Source: a virus
Lineage: Duplodnaviria > Caudoviricetes
IMG/VR virus record: IMGVR_UViG_3300048574_000496
Location: 1-61,342 of that record
Strand: one strand, 5' to 3'
DNA: 61,342 nucleotides
The notes below the pieces were generated by a model. That model did no database searches. It was not told the origin of the DNA and worked only from the letters and a program-made list of their open reading frames with translations. The first letter of the stretch is position 1. Every line of letters begins with the position of its first letter. Shown here one piece after another: positions 17,887 to 26,664 of the stretch. The translations under genes and the position numbers were made by a program.

Positions 17887-19131
17887 TCAGTTTTTTCCGC
17901 GCCGGTTGGCCACCTTCTTCTCTTCCTTCTCACCGGCGGCAGCCGTATGGGCGGTGATGATCTCCGCCGCCCGATCTGCGGCCCGCTGCTGCGCTTCCGG
18001 CAGGAAATGAGCGTACCGGCGGGTGATGTCGCTGCTCTTGTGGGTAAGCAACTGACCGATCTGGTCCAGGTTGAATTCCCCGGAGCTGGCCAAGAGAACG
18101 GCGTAATGGTGGCGGAGCCCGTGGAACGGGCGGAAGTTCTTGGGCAGTTCCGCTGCCTTTTTGATGCGGTCAACGGCTCCACACTCAACCCGCTGGCCGC
18201 CAAGGACTCCAGGGAAAAGGAAACCGTTGTCTTCCCAATCCGGAGCTTTCCGGGTGGTGTTGCGGTATCGCTTGGCGCGCCGGGCCTGCTCGTCATCCAA
18301 AAAGGCAAGCTGCTGTTCAAGCAGCTCCCGGACCGGCGGCGACATGGGCACGGTAACGTCTTGGCCGCCCTTGGGGCCGGAGATGGTGATCAGGCTATGG
18401 TGAAAATCAAGATGCTCCTGTTTGAGCCGAAACAATTCCCCCCGGCGCAGTCCGGAGAACATGGCGAGCTTCACCATGCGCGCCACATCCTGCCGGGGCC
18501 AATTGTTCAGGGTATCGAGCAGGCGGGCGGCTTCTTCTGGAGTAAGGAACTCGGTTTTGGTGTTGTGAACCTTGGGGAATTGAATCTTAAACGATAGGCG
18601 GGGGCAAAGGCTATGCTCAGCGCCATGGTTGACAACGCGCCGGAGCAACCGCAAGGCGTGGTCAATAGTGGCTGGAGCAAGCTCCTTTTCTTTCATGTTA
18701 CGCTTGATTCGCTCAATATCGAGTTGAGAAAGCTCCTTTGGGCTTTTGGCTTCCAGGAACGCAAGGTGATGCTCCCAGCGGCTAAGGTCTTGTGTCTTGC
18801 CTTTGATGGCGCCGCCCTTGGTGCTGCTGAAATAGTGATCCTTGATTTCTTTCAGGTCGCGATTGACTTTGCGGTGTTCTGCTCGAATGTCGCGGCTCGT
18901 TTTGACTTCACCTTGATGGCGGGCTTCTCTGATCCGTTTCGCCCTTAATTCAGCAGCAAGCTGAGGCGTGTATCCTTCGGAAATCCACCCGACTTTTTCA
19001 GTGGTCTTTTTGCCGTCTACCTTGAAGGTGACGTACAGGCAAACATCTGGTTTGCCGTTAAAGCGTTTGGTGGCGGAATCATACCCAAAAACGCCTTGGT
19101 GTTTTTTGATAGGATATTTCTTTGAGGGCAT
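17887..19131 (-). CDS. Tyrosine recombinase/integrase of the island
   Basis: SGLRRGE (R), K, FHGLRH (HxxR), LTH...RRYAH (H, Y); adjacent to att. Confidence 0.94.
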   Translation of the reverse strand: MPSKKYPIKKHQGVFGYDSATKRFNGKPDVCLYVTFKVDGKKTTEKVGWISEGYTPQLAAELRAKRIREARHQGEVKTSRDIRAEHRKVNRDLKEIKDHYFSSTKGGAIKGKTQDLSRWEHHLAFLEAKSPKELSQLDIERIKRNMKEKELAPATIDHALRLLRRVVNHGAEHSLCPRLSFKIQFPKVHNTKTEFLTPEEAARLLDTLNNWPRQDVARMVKLAMFSGLRRGELFRLKQEHLDFHHSLITISGPKGGQDVTVPMSPPVRELLEQQLAFLDDEQARRAKRYRNTTRKAPDWEDNGFLFPGVLGGQRVECGAVDRIKKAAELPKNFRPFHGLRHHYAVLLASSGEFNLDQIGQLLTHKSSDITRRYAHFLPEAQQRAADRAAEIITAHTAAAGEKEEKKVANRRGKN

Positions 19132-19410
19132 ATGCTGTTTGTCAGTCTTGCAAGTTATTGTATTTTATGTTTTTATTGTGGAATTGGGGCACAATGGGGG
19201 CACAAAAACAGATTTTCCGGGGTAGCTGCCTTGGCCTCTTGTCTGTGTTGCAGGTTCGTTTTTTTTGTGCCCCTATTGTGCCCCTCTAGGTTAAAAAACT
19301 ATAAAAAGCGCAGGTTGTGTAGGGAATATAGTAAACTTGCTGTGTCGATGAAACAACAAAATAATGCGCTATTAAATCCCATTAAACAGTATATGAAGCA
19401 ATCAAGGCAG

Positions 19411-19458
19411 GGCCTCCGAAGCCAAAGGTCGCGGGTTCGAATCCCGCCTCGTTCACCA
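19411..19458 (+). repeat. att core (48 bp, integrase-proximal copy; 3' half of tRNA-Arg CCG)
   Basis: Identical to 1257-1304; tRNA 5' half absent. Confidence 0.95.
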
Positions 19459-19588
19459 TATATATCAGCCACTTAGCAAGTTTTAGCTAAGTGGCTTTTT
19501 TTATCTTTGCTACCCTATTGCTACCCTGTCTCATAAAGCCCTTAAACAAGGCGCAGCAAAATAACCAAAGGAACACGCAATCTGTGTT

Positions 19589-19637
19589 CGGCCTTCTAAG
19601 CCGTGGGCCGCAGGTTCGAATCCTGCCTGGCGCACCA
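19589..19637 (+). pseudogene. 3' half of a tRNA-Arg(TCT), probable att relic of another element
   Basis: CGGC-CTTCTAA-GCCG anticodon arm, GCAGG-TTCGAAT-CCTGC T arm, ends ACCA; no D arm or 5' acceptor strand. Confidence 0.8.
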
Positions 19638-19944
19638 GAAATATCAGCCGCTTAGCTAGTTATCTAGCCAAGTGGCTGTTTTCATTTTGTGCCCCAATGT
19701 TAATGATCAAGCTGCCTGCTGGGTATCCATCGGAATTATTTAACTGAAGCTTTCGGATGTAAATTCGCGCCCGCTTTTGCACCTACTCACGGGAGATTTT
19801 GAACTGCGTTTCCAAGGCATTTATAGCCCCTTCAGCACCGAATAAAAATTTCCCTGCCAGCTCGCTTCTCCTCACAGTTTCCGCTTCAATTCTCTCCCGA
19901 AAAATTGCCAACCGGACCTGCCCGAATAGCCCTCCGCCATGAAG

Positions 19945-19968
19945 AAAGGCGACCGGGTGGTCGCCTTC
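19945..19968 (-). terminator. Hairpin after the hemerythrin gene
   Basis: AAGGCGACC-ACCC-GGTCGCCTT stem followed by TCTT. Confidence 0.5.
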
Positions 19969-20004
19969 ATAGAGAAAAGGATTGTGCAAAGCCGGGCAAA
20001 ACGG

Positions 20005-20421
20005 TCAAGCAGCCTGCTGATTATTCTCGGCGGCAAGGAATTTACCGAATTTGACATCGGTATCCTGGATGTGCGAGAGCAACCAGCTGTTCAAGAAGGT
20101 CAGCAGTTCGAAGGAAACCCGTTGGTTGCAACGGGAAAAATTCGTTTGTAATTCTTTGAGGCGGTTGACGAACTGATCATGCAGGACCTTGTGGCTATCA
20201 AAATCAGGGTAATGGCAATCCTGCATCAAGGCCTCTTCCGCAAGAAAATGGTACTGCGTATAGTCCGTCAACTCATTGAAGATTCTGGCCAGATCAATAT
20301 CCGGCGCCTCGTGCATGAAACTCTCATAAATTTTGTTAAGTAACAAAATGAGGTGACGATGGTGCCCATCGAACTCATCAATGCCTATCGAATATCGTAC
20401 ATCCCAGGTTGTGAGATTCAT
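20005..20421 (-). CDS. Bacteriohemerythrin (single domain)
   Basis: W...YSIGIDEFDGHH, HFLAEE, YPDFDSHKVLH, WLLSHIQDTD iron ligands. Confidence 0.92.
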   Translation of the reverse strand: MNLTTWDVRYSIGIDEFDGHHRHLILLLNKIYESFMHEAPDIDLARIFNELTDYTQYHFLAEEALMQDCHYPDFDSHKVLHDQFVNRLKELQTNFSRCNQRVSFELLTFLNSWLLSHIQDTDVKFGKFLAAENNQQAA

Positions 20422-20599
20422 TTTTGACCTTTTTGTGTGCCGAGGGCAGAATTCAATCATCTGCTCCCTTGAAGCGAGAAATAGCCGGTTTCAGCCGAAT
20501 AAGCGTATGGGTAAAATTACCTGTCGAACAGGAGGAATCATACCGCTTCTCGCCACTCGTGCAAAGCTCGAAATTGTAATTGAGGTCATTGCGGCGCCA

Positions 20600-21364
20600 T
20601 TATTCGTTGCCAATCAACAACTCCGTCCGCACCTGCGACCGGCTCCCTTCCTTCTTGCTCATCGAGTACTTCAGCTCGACCTCCTCGATTGAAAACCGCT
20701 TGAAGATCTCCCGGACCTCGGGCGTGTCGTTGATGGTCATCAAAAAGCGGCCCTTGATGCCAGCCAACACCTCGGCCAGGTCGACAAAATCCTGTTCCAC
20801 GAAGTTGTGCTCGTAGCAGTTGATCTTCCAGTACGGCGGGTCGAGGAAGAACAGTGTGTAGTCCCGGTCGTATCGCGGGATCAGATCCCTAAAATCGAGG
20901 CATTCGATCATCACCTGGCTCAGCCGCATCCAAGATTCCTCCAGCAGTCTTTGCAGGGTGAACAGGTTGAACCGAGGCACGCCAGTAGTTGATGTGCCAA
21001 AGGTCCGCCCCCGGCTGCGGCCGCCGAAGCACATCCGCTGGAGATAGAGATACCTGGCGGCCCGCTGGATGTCGGTGAGGGTGTCGGGATTGACCTGCAT
21101 CAGGCGGGTGAACTCGTCGCGTGAGACCAGGACGTATTTGAACTGGCGATGCAACTCCTCAGGGTGATGCTTGACCGTGCGGTAGAGGGTGATCAGATCC
21201 CGGTCCAGATCGTTGATGATCTCGGTTCCTCTGGCCTCTTTGGCAAAGAAAACGTTGGCCGCGCCGGCAAACACCTCGACATAGCATTGGTGCTCCGGAA
21301 AGCGGGCGATGATGGTTTTAGCCAGACGGCTCTTGCCGCCAAAGTAGGGTATCAGTGCTGCCAC
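20600..21364 (-). CDS. D12-class DNA adenine methyltransferase at the mom position
   Basis: YFGGKSRLA, YVEVFAG, INDL, DPPY; GTG start with AAGGAG SD. Confidence 0.92.
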   Translation of the reverse strand: MAALIPYFGGKSRLAKTIIARFPEHQCYVEVFAGAANVFFAKEARGTEIINDLDRDLITLYRTVKHHPEELHRQFKYVLVSRDEFTRLMQVNPDTLTDIQRAARYLYLQRMCFGGRSRGRTFGTSTTGVPRFNLFTLQRLLEESWMRLSQVMIECLDFRDLIPRYDRDYTLFFLDPPYWKINCYEHNFVEQDFVDLAEVLAGIKGRFLMTINDTPEVREIFKRFSIEEVELKYSMSKKEGSRSQVRTELLIGNE

Positions 21365-21567
21365 GAAAGGCTCCTTGTGTTGTCGCAGGCAATATGCTAC
21401 TACCCCCCTTGCGCTGTCCGCAGCGTGCATCGGGGCTATAGCAGGAGAACCTGTGGATCACCTCCCGTGTTTCAGCACGGTTGGATGGTTCGGGGAGGGT
21501 GACAGCCCTCCCCAGTCCCGTCCTCTTGTTCAACTCGTTCAACGCGCCGCCGGCAAGCCTGCGGTCG

Positions 21568-21717
21568 TCAACTTGCCGGGCGCGCCCGCGCCCGTTGCTG
21601 CAGTTCTTCCCACTCAGCCTGGATTTTCACCGGATCGCCGGATACCGGCCTGCACACAAGCCATATCGCCAAGACCAACAGGGCCGCCGCTGCCGCCAGA
21701 AACATCTTTGTTTTCAT
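21568..21717 (-). CDS. Small (49 aa) membrane-anchored protein, not in the ORF track
   Basis: MKTKMFLAAAAALLVLAIWLVCRP...; GGGGAG upstream; directly after the tail tip gene. Confidence 0.55.
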   Translation of the reverse strand: MKTKMFLAAAAALLVLAIWLVCRPVSGDPVKIQAEWEELQQRARARPAS

Positions 21718-21735
21718 GTCAAACATACTCTCCCC

Positions 21736-24700
21736 TTATGCCCCAGTGCCCGGAACCTGCACCGCAGCGCTAAAATTCAACACCGATGCGTCCTGATAGT
21801 CGGCGTTGGTGGCCGCCACCTTCACGTAGACCGCAGTCGCAACCGACGCCAGTTCAAAAAGCCGCATCGAGCTGGTTCCCGAGTAAACCAGCGTGCCGGC
21901 AGTTGCCGGGTTGAAGCTGGCCGTCGCCCCTTTGTACAGCTTGTAGCCGGTCGCGCCCGACACCTCCTCCCAAGAGGCCATGAACCCACCGCTGGTCAGA
22001 CTAGCCCCCATGTATTCAAAAACAGTCAAGCCGGAAGGCGCAGCAGGCGCAAGCGCCGCCGCCTTGCCAACCATCAAGGCCACGCTGAAAACCAAATCCC
22101 CCACCGCCTGGTGGTTGGCGTCGGTTGCCGCCACCTTGAAATAGTAGGTGTACGGCACGGTCAGGTTGAGCGGGATCGTGGCGTAGGGCGCGCTCCCCGT
22201 ATACACCAGCGTGCCGGCTGAAATCGGGTTGAACCCGCTTGTAGTCCCGACATAGACCTTGTAGCCGGAAGCGCCCACGACCGTGCCCCACGAGATGATC
22301 AAGGCGCTGGCCAGGGTTGATTGCAAGGCCAGGCCGGTGGGTGCGGCCAGGGTGGTCGTTGCAGCCACAACCGGCAGGGCCGGGCTAAACGTCAAGCTGC
22401 TTGCGACCTGATGCGTGGCGTCGGTGGCCGCCACCTTGAAGTAGTAGCCATAGGGCACGGTCAGGTTCAACGGCACGGTGGCATAGGGCACGCTCCCCGA
22501 GTAGACCAGCGTGCCCGACGATTCGGGGCTGAAGTCAACCGACGCGCCGACATAGAGCTTGTAGCCGCTGGCGCCGGACACCACGCCCCAGGTGAACACC
22601 GCCGCGCTCGTCAACAAGGATTGCAGCGCCAGGTTTGCCGGAACCGCCAACGAGGTCGCGGCCGTGTACTCAAGGGTGAGCACCTGCTGATGCGAGGAGA
22701 CCAGCACGCCGTCTTCGTAGGGCGTGACCCGCAAGGTCACATCCTGGAGGGCGGCGGCGAATGTGGCGCTATGATCTGTTGTCGCGTCAAGCAGGGTCAC
22801 GTAGCTGCCGGTCCCCACCTTGTATTCCACCTTGAACGAGTCGGCCGATCCGGACCATCCTGCAACCAGCGTCTGACTGCTGGCCCCGATCTCGGATGCG
22901 TACAGGCTGATGGTGGTCAACGGCGCCACGCCCACGCCGCTTCCCGGCGTCGGCACGGTCCCGCTCAGGTCATAGGCGCTGGCGTTCGCCAGGTCGCCCG
23001 AGATAACCACCTTGTCGTGGCCTTCCGGCGCAATGCTGGTCACCCGCACAACATGCACCTCTTCGGAGGCCGGGCCAAAGAAATACGGGGTCGCGGCCAC
23101 GCTGTTGTCCTCTAAAGTTGCCAAGGCATCCGGGATCGACGCCATCACCTTGTGAGCGATATTCGTCGGGGTGACGACATAGGGGCCAGCAGCCGTTCCA
23201 GCCGGCAACTGCAGCATCAGCCAACCGCTTTCCTCGCCGGCAAAGTCCAGCGGCTCCGAAGTCCAGAGCACTCCACCGGGCTCCACCGCGACGATCACGC
23301 CGGTCTGGCCCCAGTCCACCGAGTCCTCGCCAACCGCCACCCAGGAGAACAGCGTCGGCAGATAACCTTGCAGGCCGGTGGTCCATTCAACGCTGGTGGT
23401 GGTCAGGGCGAGTTCGTTGCGCATCCTGATCCCCACTTTCCAGGCATGGGTCCGGTCCATGCAACCCTCCAGGGTGATCTCATAGGGGTTGTCGCCGCTG
23501 CCGCAATCTACGGTGTCCTCGGTCCAGGTTGCCGCGTCGATGTACTTGACGCGCACAAAGTCGTAGGACGCCGGGGTCTTGAAGGCGTGGGAGATTTTCA
23601 ACGTCCCCTCGTCAATGCCGCTTGAGCCGGAAAACACGTCGGACACCCCGCTGCGCAACCTGTCGGCGGCCAGACAGAACAAGCCGCCAGGGGTGTAGGG
23701 CAAGGCCATGCCGCAACGGGCCGCTGTGGCGCAAGCATCCATCACCGAAAGCCGGGACGAGAAGCCCCAGTCAAAATGATAGCCCTCTGTCTCGAATAGA
23801 ACACGCAACGAGTACAGTTCATCCCACACCAGAATGGAACTGGCCTGGCGGCCGCCGTTGCTGGAGGTAACCATATAGGCCACCGCGTCGATGATCGACC
23901 GGGTTGCAACCTTGGTCGCGCCAAAGCCAGCGGCAGTCACCGGGTAAAGTTTTCGCGTGGCAACCACATTGATCCTGTTGGCCACCTCGCCGTTGAGCTG
24001 CTTCGACGCCTTGATCTTGACCTCGAGCATGGTGCAGTTGACCGCCGGCGGATGTGCGCCGCCGATCCCGCGCAAGGCCCCGAGATAGCCTTTCTCCACG
24101 TTGTCGAGGTCGGTGGTCTCGCCGTCCTGACGGCGTATCCGAAACTCATACCTGCCCGCACCCAGCGGAACCGCAACCGTGAAGTTCCGCCCCCACGAGA
24201 ACGTGGTGGCGTGCTCGCCAAAATGGAAGGTATGCAGCGCAACCCATCCAGAGGTTGCGGCGCCGTTGTCGTCAACGGTGCGGCACTGGGTGATGGAGCT
24301 GATGTGCCCGATCAATCCGGAAGGAAAGGCGACCTCGTACTCGATGGCGGTAATCGTGGTCCCGCGCGGGTTGACGATGAAGGTGCACCAGTCGTCGTTG
24401 TCGAGTTCCTGGTTGTTCACCTCAGAGGGAACATACACTACGTTGGTGACGATGGTCGGGCACTCCCCAGGCTCAATGATGTTGTAGGCAACGTCGTCGT
24501 AGTCGGCGATTGGGGTCTCATCGATAAAGACACCCTCGACGTCAAACTCGCCTTGCCCCAGGATCATCAGGGAGTACAGACGTTGCGGATAATCATAGTT
24601 GCCGACCTTCTCGCCCCGTTTCACATAAGCCACCTGGGCGAGGTCGGGGTAAAACGGGGTGCGACCAAAGCGTTCGGCAAAGGGCTCGCCCACGCGGAGT

Positions 24701-25137
24701 TGGTTGGTCCCCTCCAAGCTATACGTGGTGCGGGTGTCGCTGGTCGCGGTGACGGCCGGGAACAGCAGGGAGATCAGCAGGCCGCCGACGATGTTCACCG
24801 CCAGCCCGGCGGCTGCGCCCCAGGCCGCGCCATACGCCGCCGCCACTGCGCCCGAGGTGTAGATCGACAGGGCGACCACAGCGATTGTGCCTAAAATCTT
24901 GCCCAGGTTGCCGCCCCTGGGCAACTCCACGAACCGGACAAGCCCCTTTTCCGGCACCGGGTGGTTCCAATCGGCACGGCCCCAGATGTCGCCGTTGACA
25001 ATGCAGATCACCGGCCGGGAGAACGCCAGGGCGTTGCTGGCAATGATCTCGTTCGGGCTCAAACGCTCGCCAGGGTCCGGCAGGGCCAGCAGATCATGGT
25101 CGGTCGACAGCGGGTTGAAGCAATGGGTCACTTGCAT
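21736..25137 (-). CDS. Tail tip / host specificity protein (lambda J-like) with three C-terminal FN3-like repeats
   Basis: Position after NlpC gene; ERFGR...PDL, GQGEF, VKIKASKQLNG...INVVATRKL; three AP.GL...W..V.GA.GYKLY.G repeats. Confidence 0.85.
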   Translation of the reverse strand: MQVTHCFNPLSTDHDLLALPDPGERLSPNEIIASNALAFSRPVICIVNGDIWGRADWNHPVPEKGLVRFVELPRGGNLGKILGTIAVVALSIYTSGAVAAAYGAAWGAAAGLAVNIVGGLLISLLFPAVTATSDTRTTYSLEGTNQLRVGEPFAERFGRTPFYPDLAQVAYVKRGEKVGNYDYPQRLYSLMILGQGEFDVEGVFIDETPIADYDDVAYNIIEPGECPTIVTNVVYVPSEVNNQELDNDDWCTFIVNPRGTTITAIEYEVAFPSGLIGHISSITQCRTVDDNGAATSGWVALHTFHFGEHATTFSWGRNFTVAVPLGAGRYEFRIRRQDGETTDLDNVEKGYLGALRGIGGAHPPAVNCTMLEVKIKASKQLNGEVANRINVVATRKLYPVTAAGFGATKVATRSIIDAVAYMVTSSNGGRQASSILVWDELYSLRVLFETEGYHFDWGFSSRLSVMDACATAARCGMALPYTPGGLFCLAADRLRSGVSDVFSGSSGIDEGTLKISHAFKTPASYDFVRVKYIDAATWTEDTVDCGSGDNPYEITLEGCMDRTHAWKVGIRMRNELALTTTSVEWTTGLQGYLPTLFSWVAVGEDSVDWGQTGVIVAVEPGGVLWTSEPLDFAGEESGWLMLQLPAGTAAGPYVVTPTNIAHKVMASIPDALATLEDNSVAATPYFFGPASEEVHVVRVTSIAPEGHDKVVISGDLANASAYDLSGTVPTPGSGVGVAPLTTISLYASEIGASSQTLVAGWSGSADSFKVEYKVGTGSYVTLLDATTDHSATFAAALQDVTLRVTPYEDGVLVSSHQQVLTLEYTAATSLAVPANLALQSLLTSAAVFTWGVVSGASGYKLYVGASVDFSPESSGTLVYSGSVPYATVPLNLTVPYGYYFKVAATDATHQVASSLTFSPALPVVAATTTLAAPTGLALQSTLASALIISWGTVVGASGYKVYVGTTSGFNPISAGTLVYTGSAPYATIPLNLTVPYTYYFKVAATDANHQAVGDLVFSVALMVGKAAALAPAAPSGLTVFEYMGASLTSGGFMASWEEVSGATGYKLYKGATASFNPATAGTLVYSGTSSMRLFELASVATAVYVKVAATNADYQDASVLNFSAAVQVPGTGA

Positions 25138-25523
25138 GGCGTCCAGTACCCCTTGTTTTTCCAGCCGTTGACGAGCAGATCGATGTTGGTGGAGCGCGTC
25201 ACCCGTCCGCCCTCCAGGGCGTGCAAAACGCGCATCTGGCAGCCGAAAAACACCACCATGCCGATATGGTGGGGCCGCTCGCCCCTGGAGAGCAGCACCG
25301 CGTCGCCTTCAACCGGCGTGCTGGTCGACTTCCAGCCCATCTTCTGGCCATTCTCCGCCGTCATCAGGCCCATGGCGACATGGGGCAAGTGCCGGTCATT
25401 GACGTCCATATCCGGCACCAGGTCGGCAAAGTGTCGCTCCCGCCACAGGCGGAACCAGCCGAAGCAATCACACTCCGGCGTCCAGGCTTGGCCGATGTAT
25501 TGCTCGCACCAATGGGCCATCAC
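25128..25523 (-). CDS. NlpC/P60-type tail assembly protein (lambda K-like)
   Basis: YIG..W...DCFG, GDAVL...HIG...VLHA. Confidence 0.8.
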   Translation of the reverse strand: MMAHWCEQYIGQAWTPECDCFGWFRLWRERHFADLVPDMDVNDRHLPHVAMGLMTAENGQKMGWKSTSTPVEGDAVLLSRGERPHHIGMVVFFGCQMRVLHALEGGRVTRSTNIDLLVNGWKNKGYWTPCK

Positions 25524-26014
25524 ACCACCATGCCCGGCAACTCGCTTTTGGTCATCAGCCGGCGGCAGAACGGGGTGTTGACCAGATCGGGCAAGGTGGC
25601 GGTCATCACTGCGCCGCCGCCGGCGATCCGGTCAACCTTGGTTACATAGAGCGGCGCCCGGCACTCAAAATCCGGGTTGAGGCCGGGGCCAAGGTATTGC
25701 AGCCAGTTGAGCGAAATCTGCGCCCCAGCCTCGCTTTGCTGAACGAGCCATTGCCGGGCCGCCTTGGGAAGAAACGCCACTGATATTTCCATAGAGCCGA
25801 CCACCTCGCCCTCGGTCTCTGGCGGGCGGATGTCAAACGGGCAGGCCAGGTAGACGCCTTGAGGCGTGGTGAGCGACGACTCGCTGTGAACAATCCGGGT
25901 GACATCCACGCTCATCGAACTGGTGATCACCAGGCAATCGTAATGCGTCACCCCGCCGTCCGCCGCCATCACCGCCTCGGCATACGCCGTGGTGAAGTCC
26001 ATCGGAGTTGGCAT
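25520..26014 (-). CDS. Minor tail protein (DUF1833-like)
   Basis: YAEA...L.ITS...RIV...ACPFDIRPP, ending F..R.MT..ELPG; TAATG overlap. Confidence 0.65.
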   Translation of the reverse strand: MPTPMDFTTAYAEAVMAADGGVTHYDCLVITSSMSVDVTRIVHSESSLTTPQGVYLACPFDIRPPETEGEVVGSMEISVAFLPKAARQWLVQQSEAGAQISLNWLQYLGPGLNPDFECRAPLYVTKVDRIAGGGAVMTATLPDLVNTPFCRRLMTKSELPGMVV

Positions 26015-26655
26015 TACAGCGCCCCCAGGGCGGCAACGGTCTGGTCCCGCTGGGCCAGCAGCGACTCGGCGTCGGTACATGCTTTGCACTTCACCTTACC
26101 GCCGATCCGCAGGGCCTCGATCTGCACCGCCAGGGCGGTCCACTGATCATGCACCGCCACGATCTCCTGGGCCTTCTCCAAAGCCGACACCCCGCAGGCC
26201 TCGGCCTCGGCGGTGACAAAGCAGACGGTGGAGCCTGGCGTCTCGCCGGCGGCGGCAAGCGTGGCCAGGTACGCCACGGCGCACTCGTATTTTTTGAGGT
26301 AGCGCATATCCTGGCACGCCCCGGTCGAGGCGTATCGGGCACAGGCATCACTGGCTGCATCGTCAATGGCCAGTTCCGCACTTGCAAGCACCACGGCCAG
26401 GTCGCGGGCGATGGCCGCATAAAGGAATTGCTTGTTTTCCGCATCCCAGGCGGCGGCGACGCTGTAATAATAGGCCTCGCTGCACGGCAACTCTTCATAC
26501 GCCACCGGCGCCCAGCCCAAGGCGAAGAGGGCCGCCTGGGGCAAGGCGTTAAACCCGCTGATCGTTGCTCCGTCCGCTGTGGTCCACCGGGCCGGGAGGT
26601 TCTGCGGACTGCCGATCATCTGGAACGTTGCCTGGTTAAATTGCGCATACAACAT
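26014..26655 (-). CDS. Tail fibre-associated protein
   Basis: In tail operon; IDDAA...RY...YLKK.E.A..Y...IEALRIGGK pattern. Confidence 0.6.
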   Translation of the reverse strand: MLYAQFNQATFQMIGSPQNLPARWTTADGATISGFNALPQAALFALGWAPVAYEELPCSEAYYYSVAAAWDAENKQFLYAAIARDLAVVLASAELAIDDAASDACARYASTGACQDMRYLKKYECAVAYLATLAAAGETPGSTVCFVTAEAEACGVSALEKAQEIVAVHDQWTALAVQIEALRIGGKVKCKACTDAESLLAQRDQTVAALGAL

Positions 26656-26664
26656 GGATGCTCC

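Larger units (their letters stand above)
1257..19458. mobile_element. Phage-satellite-like (PICI/P4-like architecture) integrative element in tRNA-Arg(CCG), encoding a tape measure protein and tail chaperone
   Basis: Flanking 48-bp att repeats, terminal tyrosine integrase, AlpA-like HTH, primase-helicase, iteron origin; the genes I accept are all on the minus strand; no capsid or packaging genes recognised. Confidence 0.88.

Noticed and set aside
19411-19637. Two additional functional tRNA genes
   Set aside because: Both lack the 5' acceptor strand and D arm; they are att fragments.
10153-19784. Satellite iteron TGCACC mimicking the prophage end motif TGCACCT
   Set aside because: Only 6-7 bp in common; expected by chance.
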